Shown: piece after piece, positions 19,816-31,063 of the stretch
How the letters are laid out: every line of letters starts with the position of its first letter
Position numbering within the stretch: the stretch's first letter is position 1
NCBI GenBank assembly: GCA_977017575.1
Contig: CDRNVI010000067.1
Location: 1 to 64,000, forward strand
Source of the DNA: Paramoeba atlantica
Taxonomy: Eukaryota; Protista; Discosea
Direction of reading: 5' to 3'
DNA length: 64,000 nt
Translations under genes and position numbers: made by a program
The notes under the pieces: model-generated
Seen by the model: only the letters and a program-made list of their open reading frames with translations
Database searches by the model: none
Told to the model about the DNA's origin: nothing

Positions 19816-20578
19816 TAGAATGGTATGATCTCGAAATCACAGAATACCAAAATTCCTCGTTTAAGCCACATGTACACTTTTACCAGTTGTAGGAAGGAAA
19901 ACAGTGTCCCTGTATTAATAATCTATATGCCCAAATTATCACGGCCGAGTTTAAGGTTCACCGAATTGCATTCTTTAGTTATTCGAAAAAAATGGTAGCC
20001 ACAAAAAAGGGAGGTACAATTAGTTATTCTTTTTTTTTCCTTTTATGTCACTGCAATATCGATAAAACCCATCCTCCCTACACACGGTTCAGCCGCGCGC
20101 CACCACGAATGCACACCACATCACTTCGGAGGATTCGGAACACAAGACCCAGAGAAAGAAAATAGAAAGGGAAAGGGAAAAAATTAAGTTCCTATGATTT
20201 AATGACATACCTTCCGCGTGTAAGTGTGTACGTACACGTGTAAGTTAGCCACTTACACACTTTTCTTGTAACACTGTTTTTGTTGATGGGAAAGCGATCT
20301 CGTGTAAACAGGCGCGGAAACACATTCAGTTTAGTTCAATGTAAGGATATAAAGTTCATGTGAAAGGTTTTTAGTCTACACAACTCGCACTTTCTTTTGG
20401 GTTAGATCCTGCAAAAAAACCCGCATGGTGAGGCACACGTACAAATTGACTGAAAAGAAAAGTCATCCCTCTCGGGGAGTAGTACCCCGAACGTGTTCCT
20501 TCTGGATCTCCCGAATTTCGCTAAGTCTTTGCCGTTGGAGATGCACTGGGTGCGGGTGGGTGCGGCTGGGGATGTTTC

Positions 20579-20766
20579 AACCCTCTAAAGTGGACAAGGG
20601 AGATACTAAAGGCACCTTTGGAAAACCACCACAAAACTGGAACCCTCCCGGTTTGTAGAGCATTCTGATGTAACGAAAGGATCTTTAACGGGAGATATCG
20701 TTCCAGTTTTGTGGTGGTTTTCCAAAAGTGCCTTTAGTATCTCCCTCGTCCACTTTAGCCTGGGTA
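20579..20766. mobile_element. Palindromic MITE (~58-bp arms)
   Basis: taaagtggacaagggagatactaaaggcacc...aaaactggaac / gttccagtttt...gtgcctttagtatctccctcgtccactttag. Termini shared with 44958-45139. Confidence 0.75.
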
Positions 20767-20769
20767 ATA

Positions 20770-21555
20770 CAGTCCAGGTACTGGTTTCCCCCCCCCCCCC
20801 CCAGGATCCAGAACACACCGTAAGAGATTTTGACCTAATTCCTTCGGCATTTAACAGATCTCGAAAGACTAGAGCGTTTCCCGCCGTTTGTTTGCCTATC
20901 AGCCCTCCTGGGTCAAAAATATTTAGGAAAAACACGAAAAAATAGCATAATTTTACTAAAAAATCCCAATATTTCAAAAATTTGGGAGTTTTTCATTCAA
21001 ATATGGTTTCTCATTCTATGAATTTGAGGGATACTCCCATCAAATCTACTAAAGACCAGTACTAAAGGCCAGTACAACTCGCCGAAAAGCAAGATACCCC
21101 CTATTACCCATAAAACGTCACGAAATGCACTCCCAGAGCGCCTTGACCGAATTGTAAAAGAAAATTTGAAACCAGGGACTGAAAAACAGCTCCGGAAGGC
21201 GATAAAGAAAGCCTTTTGTGATGCTTAAGCGTCATTCTTATCGACGCCAATTCTTAATTTGTATAAATTCAGTTCCTAAACGCTTGCGAATTGTGCGGAG
21301 CATTCAAGGAGACCAATGTAGGTATTAATATATAGGAATCTATACACATTTTTTTCATTTTTTACCCCCCCTCGAAATTTTTTTTTGAAATTTGCCAACT
21401 TTCACCACGCCCACCTAGGACCCAGGGGGGGTGATGGGCAAAGCAACTGTGGGAAACGCTCTAGCTTTTCGAGATCTGTTGAATGCCGAAGGAATTAGGT
21501 CAAAAGCTCTTACGGCGCGCTCTGGAGCCTGGGGGGGGAACCAATACCTGGACTG
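20770..21555 (+). mobile_element. 786-bp internally deleted Tc1-like element with long TIRs and TA TSD
   Basis: ta|CAGTCCAGGTACTGGTTTCCCCCC ... GGGGGGAACCAATACCTGGACTG|ta; ~135-bp inverted termini. Transposase start PERL is joined to the C-terminal INSVPKRLRIV. Confidence 0.85.
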
Positions 21556-21729
21556 TATGCCGAAGAATAACTTTATGGTCGAATAGCGCCTATCGGGAGC
21601 ACAGACCGTGAGAACATCGTTTTGGAAGTAACTTCTCATTGCCCTCGTGATTGTAACCATTTTATATACATCAGTCAGCCCATATTCTGTAACGATTTAA
21701 ACTTTTGTACATATCAAAAAAAGTAGTAA

Positions 21730-21905
21730 GTCATAGTAATTACTGAGGACTACTTCTTCCTTAGTAATTAGGAAACTTAGGAAGGTTCTTCCTTAGTACT
21801 ACTTCTACCTTAGTACTACTTCTACCTTAGTAGTTCTTCCTTAGTACTACTTCTTCCTTAGTAATTAGGAAACTAGAGAACTACTACTTCCTTAGTAATT
21901 ACTGA
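21730..21905. repeat. AT-rich minisatellite (cttagtactacttcttc / tagtaattag units)
   Basis: Repeated ccttagta(c/a)t... units. Confidence 0.75.
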
Positions 21906-22886
21906 AAGCTTGCGTAAGTAATTCATAAACGGGTGGGTATAATAAGATAATAGGGATACATACGTATTTTCTATAAATTGTCTAGTATCCATTTTGTACT
22001 GTTCATATCCAGATAAAAAATTTCATATCCAGATAAAAAGGGGCGGGTGCGGACGGCCCTTTCGTTAGTTAGTAATTAGTTATTCGGAGACCAAATCAAA
22101 ATTGAGAAGAAAGTTATAAATTTAGACATTAAAAGCTGAAGCGGGAAGTCATGTGAAATTGAATTCGAGCAAGTCATCTATATACTATATATCTTTCATT
22201 TCATGGATCACGCACGAGCCTGTGCCCCCGAATGTCAATTATATAGTAATTACTAGCCGATTAGTAGCAAATTAGTAATTGCTAGTTTACTACTGTAGTT
22301 AGGGTATGCCTAGGGTGATATGTATGAATTTTTTGGATTACTTAGTCAATTTTTTTCTTAAGATTACGGCTAGTATTGCCTTTCTATGGTTTCAATGAAC
22401 TGCAGAGGTTGCCCCCGTTTTGAGTGTGCTGCTCAAATTCGCTTGACTTCAGTCGGCTCTGCCACAGAGGAAACGTGTACGCTGTGGATGCTAAACCACA
22501 AACTCACTGTTAACCAAGTGTATTATGCGCATTATGTTCCGCAGTAAGAAGCATTTTTCTTGTTAGATAATGATCGAAGGGAAAATATCGTCTTTTTAAA
22601 AATTCTGAAAACTGAATTCAAAATTTTGTACATTATTCGTTCAATCCGACCTTATCTTCTTTATCCCTTACAACTTTCAGTTCCTTGAGAATGGAAGATA
22701 AATCTTCAGAGGAAAGAGTCTCATCCTGAAGAACAGAACTGACACGATGTACCTGATTTCGACGAATAAAAATCCTTCCTTCACGATTGCGAAGGCGGTT
22801 TTCTATCGCAGAAACCAGGTGCTTTTACGCTTTGTGAGTCTTTTCCAAAAGTCGTCCAAACTGTCTTCGATAAGAGCTTGATGTTA

Positions 22887-23833
22887 CAGGGGTGAACAGA
22901 AATCTTGCCCCCCCCCCCGTTTTTTTATCCGTTTTTGCTCATCTTTGCAGCATTGGAGAGATCTCGCTTTCCTAGCGAAGGGCTTTGCCGCCTTTTTTTC
23001 GTAGGGACCCCCTGGGACCCCCTAGGTCTAAAAAACATGGTTTTTTGATACCGTTTTTCTGGAGCGCACCCATTTTTTTTACATTTTTTTATGTTTTATA
23101 AAATTATCCCCTTCGCATTTTAGCTCGTTTTAATCGCGTTTGATGAATCTAATTCTCATAGCGAATAGTCTTGCTGCATTTCTTTCTTAATGGCTCCTTA
23201 GAGCTCTCATGGGATAAAAACATGATTTTTAGCAATTTTTTTTCCCTCACGTACATTTTTCCCTTTTGTGAAACTATGAAAACAAGATGTACAAACCCTA
23301 AACCCGGTGAGTATGTTGAGGCATGGAGCGACAAAAGAGAGGACACCCCCTGATATCACATAAAGGCACTTTTTCTGTACCCCTTTCTGAACAACATTGT
23401 GTGGAACAAATTTAAGCCACACAACCACGAAACACTCATAGAGGCCGTAAAAAAGGCGTTCAATGCCATAAAAAGATCCTCAGAAAAGCAAAAAGTAATG
23501 AATACAATCAACTCAGTTCCCAAAAGACTCCGAATAGTATTAGAAAATGACGGCGGACATTCTGGGTACTAATCTATAAAGTTTATATCACGTATTAGTT
23601 CTTACTGATCGGCATCCGCATTTTTCCATGTAATTTTCAAAATTTGAGTTTTCTAAAATCTTGTTTTTGGTCGATTTTCGGGTCGCCGTATGAGCACCAG
23701 GGGGTCCCTACGAAAAAAAGGCAGCAAAGCCCTTCGCTAGGAAAGCGAGATCTCTCCAATGCTGCAAAGATGAGCAAAAAAGGATAAAAAAATCAAATTT
23801 CCAAGGGGGGGGCAAGATTTCTGTTCACCCCTG
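22887..23833 (+). mobile_element. 947-bp non-autonomous Tc1-like element with ~130-bp imperfect TIRs and TA TSD
   Basis: ta|CAGGGGTGAACAGAAATCTTGCCCCCCCC ... GGGGGGGGCAAGATTTCTGTTCACCCCTG|ta; 22921-23015 inverts to 23697-23792. Transposase tail VWNKFKP...INSVPKRLRIVLENDGGHSGY* at ~23400-23572. Confidence 0.9.
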
Positions 23834-24080
23834 TATCATCGTGCAATGAGCGGTTCATCCAACGAGCCACAGCTTCGGCTGAGCGAATGAACGTCTTGCT
23901 GGGTTCAGTAGTCTTACATTGACGAATAATACATAAAATATTCGCCGCATACGTAAAACACAGTGGCGTACTTTACGCCCGTATACAGAAGAAAATATTA
24001 TAAACTTATTAGGAATTAAAATATTAAGAAAAACACCGATTTAGCTTTGTTTCTACTCTTACAACACACCGTCTCTCCCC

Positions 24081-24677
24081 ATGATCGTTTCCCCACCACT
24101 CCTACATTTCTCCGATGCCCCGCAGCCCCCGCTCAAGTCATCCAAAACACGCAACGTGGAACTCCCAGACGAATACAATCTTGTGCGTTTTATTGCCAAC
24201 ATCACCAACCCCCACGCCTCATGGACCACACACAACAAGCAGTGGGATGGCGCGGAACGCGACCTAAAAGGTGCAACCCGAGTCATTGATTGGTTCAGCC
24301 GCGGCCTTAGTGGCACTCTCCAGTGGGAATATCTACCGCGCTCCCTCAAGGAGTTAAATTTTTACGACAACAAGCTATATGGGAGTGTGGATTTTGTCGA
24401 CCTCCCCCCAGGGCTCGTGGTGCTGGATCTGTCCTATAACCGATTCTCCGGGTCGCTGGAGTTAACAAAATTGCCGGAGACCATGGAGGAGCTAATCCTG
24501 TCCGAGAATCAATTTGCAGGATGGGTGGATCTAAACCGTCTGCCGCGGCGTCTAAGTACGTTTGCGGTGCGGAATAACGCGGAACTGACGGGGAAACTGG
24601 AGCCGGAAAAGCTGCCGCGGGATATGTCCTACCGGGCGCTGTGGGATACGAAAATTTTAGTCTGTGATCTAGATTAA
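24081..24677 (+). CDS. Short LRR protein (GxxRGxxLPxEYxL family)
   Basis: KTRNVELPDEYNLVRFI, LQWEYLPRSL, LxLSxNxFSG repeats. Confidence 0.85.
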   Translation: MIVSPPLLHFSDAPQPPLKSSKTRNVELPDEYNLVRFIANITNPHASWTTHNKQWDGAERDLKGATRVIDWFSRGLSGTLQWEYLPRSLKELNFYDNKLYGSVDFVDLPPGLVVLDLSYNRFSGSLELTKLPETMEELILSENQFAGWVDLNRLPRRLSTFAVRNNAELTGKLEPEKLPRDMSYRALWDTKILVCDLD

Positions 24678-24790
24678 GTATGACAGGAAATGTGAGAATG
24701 CAAGTGACGGAATTTCGTGCACTTACAAATGTGTATCATGTACTGTGACACTCCCCCTTGTACTTCGTTGAAAAAAACTGCTTTCACCTA

Positions 24791-25755
24791 AACCGGGGGT
24801 CAGTCTAATATTAAGATTGAAAACGCTAATAAACCCCGCGTCATCAATAAGCGAATCGCAGGGTTGTCATAATCACTCGCTTGGATAATACTGAAATTTT
24901 GTTTGAGAAGCCACCATGAAAAAAATTCAAGTTTTTTTGGGGGGAAAAAAGTCCCCTTTCACCGAAATTTATTACAGTAAAAGGATATAATCATTTTACA
25001 TGATCTGGTGCACCGTTTCACAAGCCTTCTTGATGCCACGTGTTAATTCAGAATAGTTTTGCAACTGATTTTTGTTGCTAATATGAATACGGGAGTTTGG
25101 AAATCTGCCTTTAATCCATTTGTTCAACACTTGTATGGATCCATACTTGCGTTGTATCTCTACACTCCAGCTATCCCACACACGTGAGATCGCCCGCTTG
25201 ATTTTGGCCGTAGATTCCACTCGAACGCGAACACCATTATCTTTTGCTTGCTTTTCGTAAGGGCAAATTTTAGTTCTATCCACATTTTTTGAAAGTTCAC
25301 CTGAATCCTCTGAATCTCTGTCATTCGATTTTTCATCCGATTCTTCGGAGCTTTCAGAACCATTATCTTCTTCGGACTCGGCACTGTCACTCGGCCGACT
25401 TTCAGAGTCACAGTTTTCAGATTTATAAAGCAGAGAATCGCTCAAGTCGGAGGGTTGCATACACCTTCGTCATCCTTAAGAGAGCAAACCTCAACATAAT
25501 CTTCGACGACTCTGTAACATTCGTTGATTACTTCTCCGTGGCTACGCAGCGATAGTGCCGTTAATTGTGAAGCAATAAGGTCCACCAAAAAAATCAGAAA
25601 AATTAAAGAACCAAAGAAAATCCTTAAAAAAATCAAATCTTAATATTGAAGTGAATCTTAATATTAAAGTGTCATTTTAATATTAAAGTGCCAATCTTAA
25701 TATTAAAGTAGATCTTAATATTAAACTAACCTTAGTATTGAACTGACCCCCGGTT
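24791..25755. mobile_element. 965-bp TIR element with TA TSD and subterminal tcttaatattaaagt repeats
   Basis: ta|AACCGGGGGTCAGTCTAATATTAAGATT ... AACCTTAGTATTGAACTGACCCCCGGTT|ta. 5-6 direct repeats at 25638-25725. Minus-strand remnant KIKRAISRVWDSW resembles a Tc1 C-terminus. Confidence 0.8.
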
Positions 25756-25875
25756 TACATGTTCTGTAGTAAATATTTTTTTCAGTCTTTCATACAAAAA
25801 ATTTGATAGGAAGTGCCAAGCGAATATTATGTTTCTTTGGCAGGCTTTTCCTTTTTTTCTTCTTTGTGAATATTA

Positions 25876-27540
25876 ATGCCTGAAGTTCCCCAAAATGAGC
25901 CAGTTGAGGTTTCCTCTATGTGCCCTGCTTGCGAAGGAAGTGGCATGACACGAATGCTTCTCACAACTATCCCACATTTTCGCGACGTTTTACTTTCGAG
26001 CTTTAGTTGCGACGACACAAAAGAATGTGGACATACGAACCGAGAAGTACAGTTCGTGGGGACGTTTCCCCCAGAAGGCATAGAAATTACACTGTTGTGT
26101 AAAACTCGAAACGATCTCAACCGTCAAGTGGTGACATCTCCTCATGCAGAACTTAGAATTCCTGAACTGCAATTAGAGATTCCCCCAAGTTCAAGCATGC
26201 GTGGTTCCATTCGTACAGTGGAGGGTGTCCTGAAGCAAATTTACAGCGACGTAAAGGAGAGCACGGACCAGCGAACGGATATTGGAGACGAGGAGAAGGC
26301 CACCCTGTGTGCTTTTCTTGCTCGTGTCGAAGAGTTCATGAACCTCCGGGACGAAACACCTAACCCTTTTACTTTGCTCATAAACGACCCCAGCGGAAAT
26401 AGCAACATCGAGGCCATCTACCATACCGGAAATCTAGACCCTCAACTCTCGGAGCGGCACTTTTTCCGTACCCCTGTCCAACGTGAGGCCTTAGGACTGG
26501 CCTCCGAACCCCCTGAACCTGAATACATGGCCTCCGAGTCAACCCCTCCCCCCAAAGACACAACCCCCCAACCAAACAATAAAACGCCTTCCTCATCACC
26601 CCCTTCCTCATCACCCCCTCATCTCTCTGAGATACCCAACCCCCCACCCATCTCCACAATCCCAACAACCAACCCCACCACCACCCGTACCCCTTCCCAA
26701 AACCAATACATCAACGCGGGCCAACTCCCCCCCACGACCTCCACCACCCACCCACCCCCTACTCCCACTCCCACTCCCACTCCCACTCCCACTACTACTA
26801 CTACCACCACCACCACCACCAACCACGAACTCCCTACTCCCTCCACTCCCCCCACCCCTCCCCCCGACCCCCCCTCGGTCTACACCCTCTCCGAGTCCTG
26901 CCCCTCCTGCGCCTCCCTGGGCGCCTGCACCATCCACCCCCTCGCGATCCCCCACTTCGGCGACGCCCTCCTCCTCGGGTACGCCTGCCCCCACTGCGGC
27001 TACCGCAGCACGGAGGTCAAGCGCGGCGGGGGGATCGCCCCGCACAAGACCCGGCTCACCCTCACCGTGCGGTCCCCCGCGGACCTGAACCGGGACGTGC
27101 TGCAGAGCGAGACCGCCCTGGTGCGGGTCCCGGGGCTGGAGCTCGAGATGCACCCCGGCGGGGGGTGGCGCTCGGGGTGCTTCACCACGCTCGAGGGGCT
27201 GCTGACCCGGATGGGGGAGACCCTCCGGGGGACCGCGGCCGCGTTCGTGGCCGGGGACAGTGGGGAGGCGGAGAGGGGGCGGCGGTGGGAGGGGCTGATG
27301 GGGGGGCTGCGGGGGCTGGCGAGCGGGGAGGGGCCGTACCCGTTTCAGGTGGTGCTGGAGGACCCCTCGGGGAATATTTACGTGCAACGGAGGGGGAGGG
27401 AGGGGGTGGAGGTGGGGGAGAATGGGGATGAGCAGTTGGTGGAGGAGAGGATGGTGAGGACGAGGGAGGAGGATGAGGAGTTGGGGATTTTGGATATGAA
27501 GACGGAGGGGTATGAGGAGGAGGAGGAGGGGAAGGTGTGA
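25876..27540 (+). CDS. ZPR1: Zinc-finger protein ZPR1 (two ZnF + A/B modules, P/T-rich linker)
   Basis: CPAC..TRMLLTTIPHFRDV..SFSC..CGH and CPSC..IPHFGD..YACPHCGYRSTEVK; DPSGN motif in both modules. Confidence 0.93.
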   Translation: MPEVPQNEPVEVSSMCPACEGSGMTRMLLTTIPHFRDVLLSSFSCDDTKECGHTNREVQFVGTFPPEGIEITLLCKTRNDLNRQVVTSPHAELRIPELQLEIPPSSSMRGSIRTVEGVLKQIYSDVKESTDQRTDIGDEEKATLCAFLARVEEFMNLRDETPNPFTLLINDPSGNSNIEAIYHTGNLDPQLSERHFFRTPVQREALGLASEPPEPEYMASESTPPPKDTTPQPNNKTPSSSPPSSSPPHLSEIPNPPPISTIPTTNPTTTRTPSQNQYINAGQLPPTTSTTHPPPTPTPTPTPTPTTTTTTTTTTNHELPTPSTPPTPPPDPPSVYTLSESCPSCASLGACTIHPLAIPHFGDALLLGYACPHCGYRSTEVKRGGGIAPHKTRLTLTVRSPADLNRDVLQSETALVRVPGLELEMHPGGGWRSGCFTTLEGLLTRMGETLRGTAAAFVAGDSGEAERGRRWEGLMGGLRGLASGEGPYPFQVVLEDPSGNIYVQRRGREGVEVGENGDEQLVEERMVRTREEDEELGILDMKTEGYEEEEEGKV

Positions 27541-27704
27541 GGGATGGAAACTGGCTTAGTGAAGAAAGAAGAATTTGAAAAAAAAGTGTTTCAAAAAAGA
27601 TGATTTCGGAGTGGGCGTGTATGTTGTTTAGGTAGTGGAAGGGAAGCGCATACTATTGACTTTGTATTACATGCTTTACCGTATTTTTGTCACACCTTTT
27701 CTTT

Positions 27705-28376
27705 ATGAATTTGCAGGAACTTGGTGCGGCACTACTCCCGCCTGCGAAAGAAGAAATAGATTCTTACCCAACATCGACTTCAGAGGCTGCTACAACAACT
27801 TTACCTGATGTTACAGTATCGGATTTTCCCTCACATGCGGAACCAATTGAAGTGGAATATTGTCCAAGTTGTACACTTCCCTTTGAGTATTGCGAATATG
27901 GAGGCGTTTGGGCTTCCTGTAAGCCCCATCTGATTAAAAAAGGAATTGATGTAGCCGATCGAAAAGATCGTTCTCGTAAAAAACGTGGCGCAAAGGTGCT
28001 ACCGGAAAATACCGAAGAGAATGAGGAAACTGCAAAGGATGATTCAAAAGGAAAATCTTCTCATAAGAAGACTCCCTTACCCAAAATTACTATTTCTGTG
28101 CTACGAAGAAGCCGCAACAAATATGTTACGGTTCTCAAAGGACTCTTATCGTTTCCTGAAATCTCTTTAAAATCCTTTAGCAGTGATATGAAAAAACATT
28201 TCTGCTGCGGTAGTACAGTGTCAGCCGAAGGATTTGTTGAGATTCAAGGGAATGTAGCATCTCAGTTGTTTGAACTGTTGCCCCGTCGGTACGGGCCAAA
28301 GCACAATATTTCACGCACATCTCTCAGCGTGGGAAAAGTTGAGGTGGAGGGAGGAATTGTGATTCCTGAAGAATAG
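27705..28376 (+). CDS. DENR: Density-regulated protein DENR/Tma22 (SUI1 domain)
   Basis: VEYCPSCTLPFEYCEYG zinc motif plus RNKYVTVLKGL...HFCCGSTV...VEIQG SUI1 fold. Confidence 0.88.
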   Translation: MNLQELGAALLPPAKEEIDSYPTSTSEAATTTLPDVTVSDFPSHAEPIEVEYCPSCTLPFEYCEYGGVWASCKPHLIKKGIDVADRKDRSRKKRGAKVLPENTEENEETAKDDSKGKSSHKKTPLPKITISVLRRSRNKYVTVLKGLLSFPEISLKSFSSDMKKHFCCGSTVSAEGFVEIQGNVASQLFELLPRRYGPKHNISRTSLSVGKVEVEGGIVIPEE

Positions 28377-28674
28377 CAACAAGGCGTGGTACGAGCGCTT
28401 CCCCCCAACGGAGAGAGCCCTTTCCACGAGATTTACTTTCACAAATTCTCACATTCGACATTTTTGACAAACTTTCACACTTTCCACAATTGATTGAACT
28501 TTAAAGAGACTGGATCGACGAGTTGTGCTTGTTTTGTTCTTCAAAATATACTCGTATATAGTTTTTCATTTTCACTGGAGAAAAACTTTAAAAACACAAC
28601 ATCTTGTTTCAAAATTTACCCTTTTCCAATACTAACCATTCCATTTTCTCATTCTCTCTCTCTCTCTCCTTCCA

Positions 28675-29199
28675 ATGACCAACCCCCACGTCTTTTTCGA
28701 CATCTCCATCGGCGGCACCGCGGCCGGGCGTCTCGAGTTCGAACTCTACGCCGACGCCGTCCCGAAGACCGCAGAGAACTTCCGGGCCCTGTGCACCGGA
28801 GAGAAAGGATCCGGTCGCTCAGGCAAACCGCTGCATTTCAAAAACAGTGCCTTCCACCGCATCATCCCTGGATTTATGTGCCAAGGCGGGGACTTCACCG
28901 CGGGGAATGGCACCGGGGGAGAGTCCATCTATGGCGCGAAATTCGCCGATGAGAGCTTTGCCGGGAAAGCGGGCAAGCACACCGGGTTCGGGTGCCTCTC
29001 CATGGCCAATGCCGGCCCCAACACGAACGGGTCGCAGTTTTTTATATGCACCGCCCCGACGGACTGGTTGAACGGGAAGCACGTGGTGTTTGGCCAGCTG
29101 AAGTCTGGGGAGGGACTGCTGAAGCAGATGGAGGCGGAGGGCTCGCAGAGCGGGTCGACACGACGCCCGGTAGTGATTGCGGGATGTGGGCAGGTGTGA
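28675..29199 (+). CDS. PPIA: Cyclophilin A peptidyl-prolyl isomerase
   Basis: [61 protein letters not shown]. Confidence 0.97.
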   Translation: MTNPHVFFDISIGGTAAGRLEFELYADAVPKTAENFRALCTGEKGSGRSGKPLHFKNSAFHRIIPGFMCQGGDFTAGNGTGGESIYGAKFADESFAGKAGKHTGFGCLSMANAGPNTNGSQFFICTAPTDWLNGKHVVFGQLKSGEGLLKQMEAEGSQSGSTRRPVVIAGCGQV

Positions 29200-29725
29200 A
29201 AAAAGGGATGAAGAAATGACGTAAAGGGAAAAAAGAAGAGAGTAAATAAATGTTTCTTTAAGTGTAAAAAAGTATTTTCTTTTTGTGCGGAGAAGAAAAA
29301 AGGAATAAAAAAGGAATAAAGTTTGCTGCCTTTAAACATTTCTTTTGTCAAATTTGATGCTCCGATTTTTTTTCGAAATGTTGTTTTGACGTAGGGTTTA
29401 GACTTGTAAGTAATATTCAGTGATAAGGTGAGAGTAGTTTAGGCCGAGAAACTATAGAAGTAGGACTGGTATTTTGGCTATACAGATTGTGGCACATTTG
29501 GAAAACGACACGAACTTTGGCAGATAGATCATCGGCAGATTGACTAGTAAATAGCTAAGTTATAGTACATTGTGGCGCATTGACGAAGGAAACATTTGGT
29601 TCATATATAAGTGAATGATCAGATTTTGGCTTCATAAGAGATATTCGAAATAGTTCAGAACTTTCCTATCTCAAAAAAGGCACGTTTTTTTATTAGTACG
29701 CTCCTTGTCTTTTTTTGATACTTAA

Positions 29726-30040
29726 TTGATGAAATTTAGAAATTACGTTCCCATTGACCCTTCTCTTGCGGACTTCGATTCCACCGAGGCGCAAACTGAA
29801 AGTGCTGAATCCCCAAATGAAGACAATGATCCCTACCGCCGTTTTTGTTCCTTTCTTGAAGACTGCTCGAAGGAAACTGCACAAGATTCTTTTTTGAAAG
29901 ACATTCTTGACTTTGGTGCTTTTTCTTCCACAGAAAGAGCTTTGCTGGGGGAAATGCATCACATTACAGAGACTTTGAAAAGTAATGAAAATGTGAGTGG
30001 TGGAAATTCTACCACCACACTGAAGGATTCAAACGTTTGA
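29726..30040 (+). CDS. Small hypothetical protein (weak N-terminal resemblance to Cwf18/CCDC12)
   Basis: 104-aa ATG ORF on the coding strand. KFRNYVPIDPSL resembles the Cwf18 LRNYxPxDxxL motif, but the Cwf18 C-terminal motif is not evident. Confidence 0.45.
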   Translation: MMKFRNYVPIDPSLADFDSTEAQTESAESPNEDNDPYRRFCSFLEDCSKETAQDSFLKDILDFGAFSSTERALLGEMHHITETLKSNENVSGGNSTTTLKDSNV

Positions 30041-30164
30041 AAACGTATTTGGTGAGTGAAAAATTTTATTGCGTTACTTTGAGATAGAAGGGATCAATTT
30101 TTTTTTCCTTCTTTGTGTTATTAACTAAAATCGTTATTTGATTCACGTTTTTACACCACAAGTC

Positions 30165-30752
30165 ATGAACACTGAAGACGCTCCCACACCTTTGAGTCGC
30201 GCTGGACGAACGAGAGGCTGCCAATTTCCGCAAGAATTTGACATCATGCAATTTATTAAGAACGTCTCATGTGTCCACAGTTCATGGACGAATGAGGTTC
30301 CTGTTTGCAGTTGGGATGGAGTTGCGTGTAATAGGGATGGTAAAATCTCAGATATCGATTGGTCCGAGCGACTTTTAAAAGGCCGTTTTCAATGGTTATA
30401 TCTTCCTTCTTCCACTTTACAATTTTACGCCACAGGAAATTATCTATCTGGCAAGTTGCCTCTTGGCGCCCTGCCTCAGAATTTTCAAATTCTGAATATC
30501 GGTAAAAATGCCCATTTTGGGGAGCTTGACTTTACCCAACTTCCACCTTTAATGGATACCCTCTTTCTTTTTGAGAATTTTTTCACGGGTGTGGTTGATT
30601 TTTCAAAGCTTCCCTCTACACTCCGATTTCTTAATGTGAACGAGAATTCTGGACTTGAAGGAGTATTGAACCTATCAGAAATAGGAGATGATCTTTGCCT
30701 CTCAATAAAAGGAACACAGATTCGAATTGTCGTACCGGATTCTGAACAGTAG
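30165..30752 (+). CDS. Short LRR protein (GxxRGxxLPxEYxL family)
   Basis: AGRTRGCQFPQEFDIMQFI, CSWDGVAC cap, FQWLYLPSS, LDFTQLPP repeats. Confidence 0.85.
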   Translation: MNTEDAPTPLSRAGRTRGCQFPQEFDIMQFIKNVSCVHSSWTNEVPVCSWDGVACNRDGKISDIDWSERLLKGRFQWLYLPSSTLQFYATGNYLSGKLPLGALPQNFQILNIGKNAHFGELDFTQLPPLMDTLFLFENFFTGVVDFSKLPSTLRFLNVNENSGLEGVLNLSEIGDDLCLSIKGTQIRIVVPDSEQ

Positions 30753-31063
30753 AAATTCTCCCCAAAAATTGCACATAAATTTTAGAGCAATAAAAACGAC
30801 GCATTGCGTTAATCGCTGCATTGTTCTTACTCGACCTCTATATAAAAAAGTCCTAAAAGAATAACTAGAACGAACGGTTTGCCATTTTGTTCTCTTCCTG
30901 CCAAATTCCCAATAAAGATTTTTTTTAGATTCCTTCCTTGAAGGATTAGAAAAAAATTATCTCCCATGCTCATTTTTATTGCTTGCGATGCAATAAAAAA
31001 GTATCGAAACCGTTTTTTAAAACCTAGCTCAATCCATTTCTTCACATCTTTTCTCACATCACC

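Noticed and set aside
30045-30065. GTGAGT as a cis-splice donor after the 104-aa ORF
   Set aside because: It lies after the stop codon, and all recognisable genes are colinear without introns.
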